From positions 925,861 through 989,860 of the forward strand of contig CAVNZM010000018.1 in the NCBI GenBank assembly GCA_963693365.1: 64,000 nt of DNA, written 5' to 3'. This DNA is from Amoebidium appalachense (lineage: Eukaryota; Protista; Ichthyosporea). The notes below the pieces were generated by a model. The model was not told the origin of the DNA. It worked only from the letters and a program-made list of their open reading frames with translations, and made no database searches. Both the position numbers and the translations under genes were made by a program. Of this stretch, positions 1 to 12,675 are shown in pieces; the first letter of the stretch is position 1; every line of letters begins with the position of its first letter.

Positions 1-150
1 TACACATGCATCTGTGTACGGGGTGCATGTGCTTATGTGCTTTGTGTGTACGTGCGCAGGGCATGCATTTGTGCTGTGTGTGTACCCTTGCAGTGCACGT
101 TCTATCCCTTCTACCTCTATATCTGTGCCGTGACGCTACTCTCCCATTAG

Positions 151-2760
151 GGGCCGACAGTGTGATGTTCCCCCGGCTGGCCATCAGCAAGGCAATGGCC
201 GACACCACCGACCAGCAGCTGGAGGCCTTTGCAACCATAGGCCTGAGAACCCTGGTGCGTGTGTTTGGGGGGGGGGGGGGGGGGGGGGGGGTTGTTGGGG
301 GGGGGGGGGGGGTAGAGTTGTCGTGCACAGTGAGGGTAGGTAGACACACCGGAGTGTGTCACTGCTGTGTAAGAGCACGGAGGTGGATGGGTGCATGTAT
401 GTGTGCACATACGTGCCTGCACATGCAATCTGTGTGGCCCCTCTAACATAGTTGCAGGTTCTTGGCCAGCGGGTGATCCCCCCGGATGAGTATGCACGGT
501 GGGCGAGGGACTACCAGGCAGCTAGGCTGCAGCTGGAGGATAGGGCCGCAAAGGGTGTGTGTGTGTTTTTGTGTGTGTGTGTGTGTGTGTGTCTGTGGTG
601 GCTGTTGTGTGCAGCGCGTCTTGACGTGGGTGGGTGGATGTGACTGGGTGGAAGTGTGTGTGTCTGTTTGTTGCTTTTTCATGCGCGGGTTGGTTGAGGC
701 TATGCATGTGGCTAAGGGATGAGGGGAGGGGAGGGAGGCAGGGTAGGTGTATGTGCAGGCGTAAGCCGGTGTCTGTGTGAGCTGGCACTGTTTGTTCTGT
801 GTGCACGTGCAGCCAGTGCCCACATGCCCGCACGTGCTGCCAGTGCCCACATGCGCCCATGTGCAGCCAGTGCCCACATGCGCTCATGTGCAGCCAGTGC
901 CCACATGCGCTCACGTGCAGCCAGTGCCCACATGCGCTCACGTGCAGCCAGTGCCCACATGCCCGCACGTGCAGCCAGTGCCCACATGCCCGCACGTGCA
1001 GCCAGTGCCCACATGCCCGCACGTGCAGCCAGTGCCCACATGCCCGCACGTGCAGCCAGTGCCCACATGCCCGCACGTGCAGCCAGTGCCCACATGCGCT
1101 CACGTGCAGCCAGTGCCCACATGCGCTCACGTGCAGCCAGTGCCCACATGCCCGCACGTGCAGCCAGTGCCCACATGCGCTCGCGTGCAGCCAGTGCCCA
1201 CATGCGCTCGCGTGCAGCCAGTGCCCACATGCGCTCACGTGCAGCCAGTGCCCACATGCCCTCGCGTGCAGCCAGTGCCCACATGCCCTCGCGTGCAGCC
1301 AGTGCCCACATGCCCTCACGTGCAGCCAGTGCTCACATTGCCCACCCGCAGTGGATGCCGTGGCCGAGCGGCTGGAGACCAACCTGGACCTTGTGGGGGT
1401 GACGGCCATCGAGGACAGGCTGCAGGCCGGTGTGCCCACGGCTATAGCAAACCTGCGCAGGGCACACATCAAAGTCTGGGTAGGGGGGTGGGTGGGTGTG
1501 TAGGGGGGGAAGATACAGAAGGGAGAGCTGATTGGGTGTGGCAGGTGCTGACTGGGGACAAGCAAGAGACGGCCATCAACATTGGATTCTCGTGCAGACT
1601 GCTGGCCAATGACATGCAGGTATGGAGGGGGGGAGGGGGATGGGGGGGGGAGGGGGATGGAGGGTAAGTGGACTGACGGTGGCACAGATCTACATAGTCA
1701 ATGAGAGGACAAGAGACACCGTGGAGAGCCAGCTGCTGGCCGTGCAAGAGCAGGTGGGGCGCATGCGGTGCATGGGGGCTTACTGCATGCATGTGTGTGC
1801 CTGCACTGACTAGCATGCACGTGTGCTGCCTGCACTGACTAGCATGCATGTGTGTGCCTGCACTGACTAGCATGCATGTGTGTGCCTGCACTGACTAGCA
1901 TGCGTGTGTGCCTGCACTGGCTAGCATGCATGTGTGTTCCTGCACTGGCTAGCATGCGTGCGTGTGCCTATTAGCATGCACGTGTGTGCCTATTAGCATG
2001 TGTGTGTGTGCCTGCACTAACTAGCATGCGTGTGTGTGCCTATTAGCATGCATGTATGTGCCTGCTCTGACTAGCATGCATGTGTGTGCCTATTAGCATG
2101 CTTGTGTGTGCCTATTAGCGTGCATGTGTGTTCCTGCACTGACTAGCATGCATGTGTGTGCCTATTAGCATGCATGTGTGTGCCTATTAGCATGTGTGTG
2201 TGTGCCTGCACTAACTAGCATGCGTGTGTGTGCCTACTAGCATGCATGTATGTGCCTGCACTAACTAGCATGCGTGTGTGCCTATTAGCATGCATGTGTG
2301 TGCCTGCACTGACTAGCGTGCATGTGTGTGCCTACACTGACTAGCCTGCATGTGTGTGCCTGCACTGGCATGCATGTGTGCCCCTGCCCTAGCATGCACA
2401 TGTGCCCCCATCACCCCCCTAACTGGCTACCCTCCAGCTGGACCTACAACCCACGGTGGACAAGGCATTGGTCATTGACGGCACAGCACTGGCATTTGCG
2501 GTGGGTGCAGGGGTTGGGTGGATTCATAGGGCATAGTGGGTCTAGTGGCTGGGTGGGTTTATAAGGCATGGTGGGTGGGTCTAGTGGCTGGGTGGGTATG
2601 TAGGACATAGTTGGGTGCTGACCTTGAGCAGCTGGAGGAGGATGTGCGGCTGCTGCTGCTTGCGGTTACTGAGCGGTGCCAGAGTGTGGTGTGCTGCAGA
2701 GTTAGCCCCCTGCAGAAGGCTTTGGTCGTGCGCCTGGTCAAGGACAACAGGGGGGTACGT

Positions 2761-2794
<34 letters not shown>

Positions 2795-2892
2795 GGGTTG
2801 CTGACTGGCAGAAACAGGCCATCACTCTTGCAATCGGTGATGGAGCCAACGACGTGAGCATGATCCAGGTGTGGGTGTGGGTGGGTGTGTGT

Positions 2893-2935
<43 letters not shown>

Positions 2936-5650
2936 TGTGTGTTTGTGTGTGTGAGTGTGCGTGCGTGTGTGGGAGGACGGGGGAGGGGGGGGCGCTGTGG
3001 GTGTGGCATGTGTGTGCATGTTTGGGTGCGTGTGCGTGAGTGTGTGCGTGTGTGCGTGCATGTGTGTGTGCGTGCAGTGTGCGTGTGGGTGTGCGAGTTC
3101 GTGGGTGGGTGGTTGGGGGGGGAGAACATAGTGGTGTGGTGGCGGTAGGCGGGTAAGGAAGGATACATAAGGCAGGGGGTATGATGGTACTAAATGAAAC
3201 AACAGAATGCACACATTGGGGTGGGCATCAGCGGCCTGGAGGGCAGACAGGCTGTGCTGGCATCGGACTACAGGTGGGGGATAGGGGGGGGGGAGGGGGG
3301 GGGGGGGGGGGGGGGGGGGGCGGGGTGCTGGATGAGGAGAGCAGGGAAAGGACGTGCATTAAGGAAGGGCGGAGGGGGGAAGGCACAAAAGTGGTTATCT
3401 GTTGAGGGCCCGGGGGGGGGGGGGGGAGGGGGGGGGAAGGGGGGACGACTCGGAGCAATGGTGAGAGGTGAGCTTAGGAAGGGGTGAGGGTGGGGGGAGG
3501 GGGGAAGGGCACGAATATATTTTGTCTGGGTACTACATGAGTGTGGTTGTTTTATGCAAATGGATGACCTGATGTGCGGCCAATCACCTGTTGCTTTATC
3601 AAACTGGTGGCTCACCAGGTGATTTAACTTATTGGTCTGATCCAATCATGCAAATATAAAACCCCTATGGGGTGTATGGTTTCGCGTGATACCCCATGCG
3701 CAGAATCGAGTGCTTTTCATTTGAGACCCTCGCAATAATGGCAGAACTTGTTTTCTTGCTAAGTTGAGCATATGGCTGCATTTGTTGGGGCACAGACTGC
3801 ACAACCATGTTGGTGCGCATCATGTGCCGTACAATGGCAACGATAGAGACACCCTGTAGGGTCACAGGCAAGCATGCCTGCCTCCCTGTCCCCCACTTTT
3901 CTTTCCCTGACTGTGCCTGTCTCGTCCCCCCCCCCCCCCCAGCATTGCGCAGTTCCGCTATCTTGAGCGTCTGCTGCTTGTGCATGGGCGCTGGTCGTAC
4001 CTGCGCATGTGCCGGTTTCTGGCCTACTTCTTCTACAAGAACTTTGCCTGCACCCTGTGCCAGGTGCATGCCCCTGCCTGCCTGGGCTCTATTGGTGTGT
4101 GTATGTGCTGATATGTGTGCAGCTGTTCTTTGCCATCTACAGCGGGTGGAGTGGGCAGACCATCTTCGATGCCTGGTACCTGACCTTCTACAACGTCATC
4201 TTCACAGCCGTGCCCGTCATGGCCGCAGGTGCATATTTTGGCTTTCTAGAGGGGGGAGGGGGGGGGGTAGGGGGGAGGGGGGGTTGCTGATTGTTTCCTG
4301 GGGGGGTGTAGGGATGTTTGAGCAGGACGTCAATGACCGCACGTGCATGCTCTACCCCACCCTGTACCGGGCAGGCCAGCTGGTAACTAACTGCCCCCAC
4401 ATGCATGCACTGACTGTGTGATCTCCACCATGCCCCACACACTATGGTGGCATGCAGCTGACCGTTGCTGCAGGACGCATTCTTCAACGGGCGCATCTTT
4501 GCAATGTCCCTGCTCAAGGGGGTCTACCATGCAGCTGTGTGCTTCTATGTGCCCTACGGTGCTGCCGGTATGATGTACACACACGCAAACACATATGCAT
4601 GCACGCATGCAAGCACGCACACATGCATGAGCGCACGAACACACGCGCACACAGAGGCATGCACACACAGAGGCACACACACACAGACGCGCGCCTCACA
4701 CACACACCGACACATACACAGGCATATACAGCGGCACACACATGCATACACACACAAACATGCCACACATGCAGCACACATGCACAAACATGCGCACACA
4801 CACACATGTACACACGCACACATACACACACGCACACTACGTCCAGGCCTGCAACCCCAATCCACTGACTGCCTGCCCTCTGCAGGGGACTTGGCGCTGC
4901 CGTCAGGCCCAGCAGCAGGATTCCAGTGGCTGGGGGTGCTGATATCGGCATGTGTGGTGGTGCGTGGGGGGGGGGGGGGGGGGGGGGGAGCAGCATGGGT
5001 TCAGGCAGTGACCACTGTTTCAGGTGGTGGTCAACATCCAGATAGCACTGGACATGTTCCGCTGGACCGTGCTGAACCACGTGTGCATCTGGCTGAGCAT
5101 GGCCAGCTGGTGGATCTTTGCCTGGTTCCAGTACGGCATGCCAGGCTACATCGTGCCGGTGGGCTTCTTTGGTGCGTATAGGCACCCTGTTGAGTGGTGG
5201 GGAGGGGGGGTGGATGCTGACGTGTGTGCAGGGGTGATGAGTACATCCCAGGGGCAGGTCACATGGTGGGCCGCACTGGTGCTGACATGCACCGCAGCAA
5301 TCATCCCTGTCTACGCCTACAAGGTGTGTGTGTGCGTGTGTGTGGTGGGGTGGGTGCATGTGCTGTGGGCTGACACGTGGAGGTAGTTCTTTCTGCTGTA
5401 CTTCTTCCCCACACCCATCGACATAGTGCGGGAGATTGCCTATCTCAGCCGCAAGGCAAGGCCTGACACAACAACAACAACGGCCGTCCACCTCCCCCCG
5501 GCACAGTCATCGAGCCAGGTGGGCATGGTGGTGGGGTGGGGGGCATGCATATTGGGTGGGGGGAGGATGGGTGGGCTGGGGTCGACTCAGGGAGGCAGCA
5601 TGAGTGCAGGGGGAGTGGGTTGGCGGTGTGTAGTGGCCATGTTTGGCTGA
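151..5650 (+). CDS. P4-type ATPase (phospholipid flippase, ATP8/DRS2-like), 3' portion, multi-exon; the 5' part lies upstream of the window
   Basis: Spliced GT-AG exons give [127 protein letters not shown] and FEQDV. The last exon and stop are uncertain. Confidence 0.95.
803..1335. repeat. Intronic 21-bp minisatellite (about 25 copies)
   Basis: Tandem CACGTGCAGCCAGTGCCCACATG-like units inside the intron from 555 to 1351. Confidence 0.95.
1785..2400. repeat. Intronic degenerate minisatellite (22-28 bp units)
   Basis: Repeated ACTGACTAGCATGCATGTGTGTGCCT / CTATTAGCATG units. Confidence 0.9.
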
Positions 5651-6076
5651 TGGAAGGCTGAGGCTGCAGAGAGGAAGATGAGCACTGGCGTGCTGGCACT
5701 TTCTCTGTGTGCTCACCCTCATGGCCTGACAGTGCCTAGTTCGTGCTACCTGTAGAGACTGAAGCACCATCTGGTTGACAGCAATAGTCCTATCATGTTG
5801 TGTGCTTTTTTCTGATCAGAATTGCCTTGATCATCATGGATGCATCAATCAATTCTCGCAAGTTGCCGCTTGAAACAATATACTCAACATGGCTCAGGCT
5901 GCTTCGGTTATTCATCCTGTTAAGGAGTAGAGGTTTGGCTTTGCAAAAAGTAGTGCAACGCCATTGATAGGTTGCTGTGTGGTTTTGTGGATGGGGTTGA
6001 ACCGTTGGGGTTCAGGGGGCACAGGTGGTTGCGGCAGTGAGCTGGGGGTTGATTGATGTAAGAGGAAAAAAAAAAG

Positions 6077-6943
6077 TAATATGCTTCCACGACCCCTATT
6101 CACCTCGGTTTTTCGCTAATATTTCGGAAACCGCTAATCGGAACCCCCCCAACCCAGGCGCCAAAATCGCTCATTTATCAAACTCTATTCAACGGTACCA
6201 TTTGTTTGATAAAAGGTTTTAAATAGCCTACACTTTACTATTAGAAGTTGGGTTTTTACTATAGGTCGCGGCGGCTTTAAAGCTCCTGTACATCGGTCTG
6301 CGAAATTGCCGGCTGATGAGCTGCCGATAAACGGTGTTCCATTATCCAATCATAGCCCTCTATTTTATTGCCGCGACTCACATGGGGGTCAGGAAAATTG
6401 ATGTCACCTTTCAAATCTGAAAGCCGCCGCGCGACGGTGCCGCTGCATTTTTGACGACGCCAAATGCCACGGTTTTGCTCCAAAATTGTTGAGAGGGCTT
6501 TTTTTATATGTTTTTATACTAAAAACATGGTTTTTACTCCTAAATAATAATATATGTAAACTTAGTCATGCAAAGGGTGTAAAAATTGTGGCTTTCTCAT
6601 TACTGCCCTTTTACAAGGGGGCTCACGAAAACTAATCTTGGGGAACAAAATGTAATCAAGCCATTGGTGGAAACATCTGGCACCATAGATCGAATGATCA
6701 CCGGCCTTGCGATTGGCTAGTTAAATTCAGCCCGCGCCGCCGCTGGCGACTCCACTTTAATAGAAAAACACGTGTGTACTATATGAAGTGTACTTAAAAA
6801 TAATGCTATAACCATGAGAAAATGAACGTGAAGCTAAGACAGAATAATTCCAAACACTGACAAAAATTTCAGGCTGATTCAACAAGCCGAAAGGGAAATA
6901 TTAGAGAAGAATCGAGTTGAATAGGGGTCCTGGATGCATATTA
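6077..6943. mobile_element. Non-autonomous DNA transposon (MITE-like) with ~48-bp imperfect TIRs
   Basis: TAATATGCTTCCACGACCCCTATTCACCTCGG at 6077 matches the reverse complement of CGAGTTGAATAGGGGTCCTGGATGCATATTA ending at 6943. TA at both ends; no ORF inside. Confidence 0.7.
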
Positions 6944-8014
6944 GTGGCAACAAGGTTTTTGATTCTTACTGTCCAGTGCAATCCCAAGTACTGTGTGCAT
7001 GTTGAACTTCACAGGCCACTGACTGGCTGTGTACATGCCGGGCCTCCCTGCAGGGTGCCAGTCCAGATGCCAAAGCCGAGGAGTTGGCCATGACCATGCG
7101 GGTCACTGCCGGCCCACAAGTGCTGTCCAGCCAGTAGGGCAGCAGGGTGTGCCCAGACGCTCAAAGGCTTGTATGGATGCCGCTAGGTTGCCATGCCTTT
7201 TGCCTTGGTGCCCGGTACAGTAAAATATGCTGAATGATCCTTTTTTCTTCTGAATGCTGACAGCTTAGATAGAATGAATGCTCAATCGAATGAATGATAT
7301 GTGCTGCTTGCTGCCTGGTGCAGGCTGTACTATGGTCTGCGGTGAAATGCGTGTATTTTAACTTCAACATATTAAATATGTGTTTGAGAATTGCCCCGTG
7401 CAAAATATGAACATTGATACACTGTTATAAAAGAAATGATATTTGGTTGAAAAGCATCGGCAAATATGTGCAATGCCATGCATGTATAGTACACGCGTGC
7501 AAGAGTGGGTGGGGGGGGGGGGGGGGGGGGGTTGGAGGCTATAAAAGCTATTGGGCCTCTCTGTTGCTCTATTTTCAGACAAAAACCACTCACATGCCAG
7601 TGGACCACCCATACACCCATGGGCAAAGAAGCAAGCTGTACACGTGCATTCTAAGGGTTAGATGGTATTGCGAACAGAGAGTTTCTCCGTACGGAGAGCC
7701 AGCATACACAGCATTGAAGCTGGGAGCGGTAGACTCGAGACAATTTGCATAGGACTGACTGGTACGCCCATGTACGAGAATTGCTAGTTGGTTAGACACA
7801 CTTTAGATGGCAGGCCATCACCACAGCCACTCAAGGGAGGGTGGGAGGGAAAAACAAAATGCTTGACTAGAGGAAACAACCGTTTACGGGCCTCAGGAGG
7901 CCCTGCCAACTTGCTAGACTAAGGACACATTCTGCTGAGGAGCAGTGCCAGCGACTGAGAGGCCTACGAATCTGCGGGCTAGCGGTTTATATACACGCAG
8001 GATATGGCTCACAA

Positions 8015-8145
8015 CATCCGATTGGCTACAAGGGAATGTGAAGACCAAATATGGCTACACTTAAACAGGACCAATCATTGCACTTACATTTACGTACAGA
8101 GAACTGATTGGCTAAGCCATACCTACTGACTAACCAATCGGAATG
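8015..8145. promoter_or_regulatory. Cluster of CCAAT boxes (putative promoter)
   Basis: GATTGGCT, ACCAATCA, GATTGGCT and ACCAATCG within about 130 bp. Confidence 0.3.
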
Positions 8146-8391
8146 CAAAGTAGCTGGCAGTTCGGATTCCACATGTCACTTCGTCGTCGTGGCTGCGGCC
8201 GTTCCTCAAAGAAAACCCGTTTAAAAAACGAACCATTGGTGTGATACAATGGTTCTGCACCAAATCACTTGAGGCTTCCTTTAAGCAGCACGGTGAGAAC
8301 TGCCATGGAGAGAAAGAAGGGAGAGGGGGGGGGGGGGTCGGGGAGAGGGGGCCGGGGGTAGATGAATCGTTAAAGCTAAGTCAAAAATCGG

Positions 8392-9194
8392 TTAACTAAG
8401 TTGGTAAACTGCTCGTCTGTGTGAGACTCTGTAAAACCAAGTGTAGACAGGTGGTTGCACTGAAACTTTGAACGTGGTGGAGAGCAGGAAAAGAGGGGTT
8501 TTTGAAGCCCAGCTATTAAATACAAGACTCAGAGGACCAATTTCACAGAAGGTAGGTACTAGGCATTGATTGAAAGAAAAACAGAACATGGCAACTAGCA
8601 TTTTTATTTAGGGAGCTGTAGCTGTTTTTATGTTCTGTGGGATATGCCATATGGATATATTGATGAGTTTGAGTTATATCTAGTCCGAAATGGGCAGCAA
8701 TTGATTTGGTCTTTGTGATCTAGGGTTTTTAGCCACTTGTGAAAAATTTTCATTGGTTGATGTGGAGCAAAAATTCCATTTTGGTAGATTTCATGGATTT
8801 CATAGGTTCTAAGTCATTTCTTCATGTTTCCATAGGGGAAAATGTGGGCCGCGCTATATAATGAGCTTGCGCGGCCTCAGGGAGGTCAGTTGCGGCGCTA
8901 CTGAGCGCGTTTAGGTCTCTTTAGGTCCAATTTTTTCGTGTTTCGGTGTAAGTAGGTAAGCCTTTTTAGGTTACTGCCTGTAATCAAGTTTTTGCCCACC
9001 CACCCACCCTTGCCTCATCAGGCTTTGAACCCTTGCCTCATTAGGCTTTGAACCCTTGCCTCATTAGGCTTGCCTCATAAGGCTTTGAATTGCTCAAGTG
9101 GAGCACACATGTGCCTGAGATCATAGGGTCAGCAGGCTGGTACCACCTCAAGTATCCCCGTGCTGGGGCTGGTAAAGGCGACGTTGGCATATTA
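8392..9194 (+). mobile_element. Divergent sister-family solo A'-spacer'-B' unit of the YR retrotransposon
   Basis: Starts TTAACTAAGTTGGTAAAC and ends GCTGGGGCTGGTAAAGGCGACGTTGGCATATTA. Segment 8596-8935 is nearly identical to repeat A, while the 5' part and spacer differ. Contains ~22-bp tandem CCTTGCCTCATTAGGCTTTGAAC. Confidence 0.8.
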
Positions 9195-9583
9195 TTAAGA
9201 ATATTTAGTTTGTAAACGTGTTTTCTTTGCAGGAGAATTAGATAGCCCCGTTGGAGTAAAATTGTGCGTTGCGAGTGTGGTCAGTTGAGGTCAGTTGCGG
9301 CGCTACGGAGCGCGTTTAGGTCTCTTTAGGCCCAATTTTTTAGCTAAGTTTTTGCAACTCTAGTCCCCGTTTTTCGCGCTGTTGTTCGTTTTTTCTCTAG
9401 TTTTTTTTGCCCAGGAGCGCGCGCTTAGCTTCGGCAGCATCTGGTAAGAGTTTTGCGTGCGCGCCATTGCGTTTTAGCTGGTTTTCGGACGTTTTTTGCG
9501 GTGTCGTTTTCCCCGCGTTTTTTGCATTTTCCAGTCTTCGTTTTCAAGTTTTTCGTGCTCTGGTCTGGTTTGTGAGCATTGCA

Positions 9584-10639
9584 ATGGCCCCTCCTCCTGC
9601 TCTGGTCGCCAAGGGGGCCGCTCTCCTCGAAAAGCTTTTGGAGATCTCTACCGATGCGGACGACGCAAGTCTCAAAAGTCTGGCCGTTTTGCAGTCCAAC
9701 GCCCTCCCCTGGAACAGCCTGCCGGCAGAAACCGTCAACAGTGTGGTTTCAGCCCTCAAGGCGCGCTCGGTGGCTTTTGATGACCCTGAGATGGTCGGTT
9801 GGAAAGTCACCGACCAGCTGCACTTGCTCTGTCGCACTCCTCGCAGCGGCTGTGCCTCCCCCCCACCTGGGTCGCCCTCTCCCCAGCGGCGTTCTGACGG
9901 TGTAGACGTCCAAGAGAAGCTGCAGGCGCTTTCTGCCCAAGTGCAAGCCCTCTCTGTTGCCCAGTCTGGTCGCCCCAAGAAGCCCTCTGCCGGCGGCCTG
10001 CTGAGCACGCTGTCTGCGCGGGCAAAGGGCAAGGAGCCTGTCTATGCGTACGACACCGGCAGTGAAGACACCCCATCGTCGAGTGAGGATTCTTCTTCCA
10101 GCAGCAGTGGCTACGGTCGTTCCTCTCGCAGCCGTCGTTCCTCTGGCCGTTTCAAACCCAACCCCAGCCGTTATCTGCTCTCCAGCGGCGCCAAAGTCAA
10201 CCTGCGCGTCAAAGAACGTCTGGCCCCTTCCTACCTCAAGAGCACCTTGGCTGACCAGGCCTCGGTCACTGCAGCTGTCCACGCGGCGGATTGGGTCAGC
10301 TGCCGCAACCAACGGGAGGCTCTGACGCTTGCCCGTATGCTGGATTTGCTGCTGGCCGCCGACCCTAAGGCCCGCAAGGAGTCACCTGCTGTGGAAGTTG
10401 GTGTGCGCCGTCTGCTGGCTGTGCAGACTGCTGATCAGTCCAACGGGGACTGGGCTGTTGCAGAGCAGTTTGAGGAGCTCCCTGCGCGCAGCCTGCCCCT
10501 GCCCCCTGCCTTGGCCACCCGGGCTGTTCATCAAGCCAAGACCCTCGCCGAAGTCACCCGGGCTCGGCGCGGTCCCGGCAGTGGCCCATCCGGCGCCGGT
10601 CCATCGACCCCTCCGGGGACCGGTGGCCACAGGGCCTAA
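9584..10639 (+). CDS. Gag-like ORF1 of the YR retrotransposon (open in this copy)
   Basis: MAPPPALVAKG... ORF in first position of the element and repeated in the other copies; Ser/Arg-rich middle; no zinc knuckle seen. Confidence 0.75.
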   Translation: MAPPPALVAKGAALLEKLLEISTDADDASLKSLAVLQSNALPWNSLPAETVNSVVSALKARSVAFDDPEMVGWKVTDQLHLLCRTPRSGCASPPPGSPSPQRRSDGVDVQEKLQALSAQVQALSVAQSGRPKKPSAGGLLSTLSARAKGKEPVYAYDTGSEDTPSSSEDSSSSSSGYGRSSRSRRSSGRFKPNPSRYLLSSGAKVNLRVKERLAPSYLKSTLADQASVTAAVHAADWVSCRNQREALTLARMLDLLLAADPKARKESPAVEVGVRRLLAVQTADQSNGDWAVAEQFEELPARSLPLPPALATRAVHQAKTLAEVTRARRGPGSGPSGAGPSTPPGTGGHRA

Positions 10640-10749
10640 ACGGCCCTTGGGGGGTTCGGCACGCGGTTCTGTATATTATTTTCTTGTGGTTTCCTGCCAC
10701 GTGCCCTTGATTAAATATGCCCCCTAATTTTTCTAAGGATTCCACAGCT

Positions 10750-12675
10750 ATGCCACGTCATGTCTTTGCCGCCTCTGATTTGTTTCCTGTTCCGGCCATT
10801 CCTGTGCCGGACCGTTCTGGACAAGCCCGTCTATGGAGTCAACGCCGTCGGCAACGTCTGTCTCACCGCCTGAAGGGGGTTACCTTGGCTAGCCGTTGTC
10901 TTGGTGCCCTCAACGAGCTGTGGGCAGGCGGCCCTTGCCCATTCCCGACCCGGTTGGTGAACAGTCACCACCATGCCCTGTGGACCTTTGTCCTTAGGGC
11001 CAGCTACGATGCTATACGCGCGGGTCTCTACGACGCTCAGCCTGCGAGTAGTGTCTTGGCTGCGTTCCCCGGGGCCTACCCTGTATTGACAGGATGGCTA
11101 CCTCTCACGGCGGCAAATGCCGCTTTGCCACCCCCTGGGTTGGCGCCTGCAGAGCTGCGCCGCATCCGACCGGCGCATCACGTTCCCAGTGGGGAATACG
11201 GTCCCCTGCTTCTTCGGCTTCAAGATTGCGGCATGGTGCACTATTTTGAGGCGAAGAAAAACCACTGGCCATCAATGGGCTGTTTGGGGTCCCCAAAGAC
11301 ACCAGAGCCCGCGTCATTTTTGACGGCCGCCGTGGCAACCTGTTCTTTGCCCGTGATCATCCTGCCCTTAAGGTGCACCTGCCCAACCCTGCCGATTTTG
11401 CCGATCTGTTGCTGGGACCTGAGGATTGCCTCTATTTTGGCAAGTCGGACATGGACAACCAGTTCCATCGTCTTCTTGCCCCGGAGTGGCTGTGGCGGTA
11501 CTTCGGATTGCCGCCTGTGTCTTCGGAGGCTGTTGGCCTTTCTGGGCCCGACTGGCTTGTGTACCCGGCCCTCAAGACCGTGCCCGTGGGCTGGGTGCAT
11601 TCTGTGCTTGTGGCTCAAGACGTCCATGGGCAGTTGGCTGACCGAGCCGGCATGCCCCGCATTGAGCGCCTCTGTGCGATAGTGCCGCGGCCTGTGGAGG
11701 CCACGCAGCATGCCCTGTATGTGGACGACTGTGGCTGGGTCGGCACAGATGCCACCGCCATCAATCGTCAGCGTGAATCGTATCATGGTGTCACCGGCCC
11801 GGCTGGTCTTCCCTCCAACTCAAGAAGGATGTGGCTGCTGGTTCGTCGTCCTCTATGGTGCTGCTAGGCCTGGAAATGCATGGCTCTGGGATATTGCGCC
11901 CGTCTGGCGCTTCCTTGTGCAGTCTGGTGGCGGAAACCCAGGCCGTGTTGCGTCATGGTGTCGTCACGCAGCTCCGTTTGCAGCAGTTGCTTCGTGGTTG
12001 GGTGTGGGCGGCACTGCTGCAGCGGCCGCTTTTGTCGGTTCTGAGTTTTGTCTACAGTTTTTTGGAGCAGCTGGGGGGTCGGGAACAGCCCCTTCCCCCG
12101 CCAGTGGTGTGGGAGCTTCAGGCAATGTGTGCTTTGGCCCCTTTGATGCGTTGTGATTTGCGTTCTGGGTTTGCTAGCACCATGTTCTGCACTGATGCTT
12201 CCTTGTTGGGTGGTGCAGCCGTGTCCCGGGTGCTTCCAGCAACGCTTCTCCGCGAAGTGCTGCCTCACTGCAACCGGCGTGGCCACTACAGCCAGCTGTC
12301 TGGTCCTGTGCACGAGCCAAGCCCGTCCGCCCCCCGGCACCTATCCTGGCAGCTGTTGGTGGCCGGTGGACCACCAACATCAGTCATCGTTGGCGCCACT
12401 CCGACCAGATCAAACATTCTGGAGGGAGAAGCCTTGCTCCTGGGGCTTCGTCGATTAGGTCGGTCTACGGCTGCCCGGGGCTCCCGCTACCTTTGGGGCC
12501 TTGATTCGACGGCGCTGCTTGGGGCTGTTGCTAAGGGTCGTTCAGCATCCCGACACCTTAACCGTGTATGCAGCCAGGTGGCTGCCTACACGCTTGCCCT
12601 CGACATTCGTTTGTATTGTGTGTGGCTGCCGTCAGCCCACAATCGTGCAGATGGTCTCGCGGTTTTCTGGCTGAC
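10750..12675 (+). pseudogene. Reverse transcriptase + RNase H ORF (frameshifted, small deletion)
   Basis: GLFGVPK..RVIFDGRRGN, KSDMDNQF, P(M/V)GW, YVDD; RNase H motifs FCTDAS, NILEGEA, GLDS, LPSAHN.ADG, spread over several frames. Confidence 0.9.

Noticed and set aside
522-1685. Long repeat-protein ORFs in several frames ([14 protein letters not shown])
   Set aside because: Translation of a stop-free 21-bp intronic minisatellite; the flanking ATPase exons splice cleanly across it
151-5520. Non-canonical splicing or alternative genetic code in the ATPase
   Set aside because: All traced introns are GT-AG and the exons translate with the standard code
8172-8243. Short basic ORF MSLRRRGCGRSSKKTRLK after the CCAAT cluster
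   Set aside because: Too short, and no convincing downstream exon could be joined
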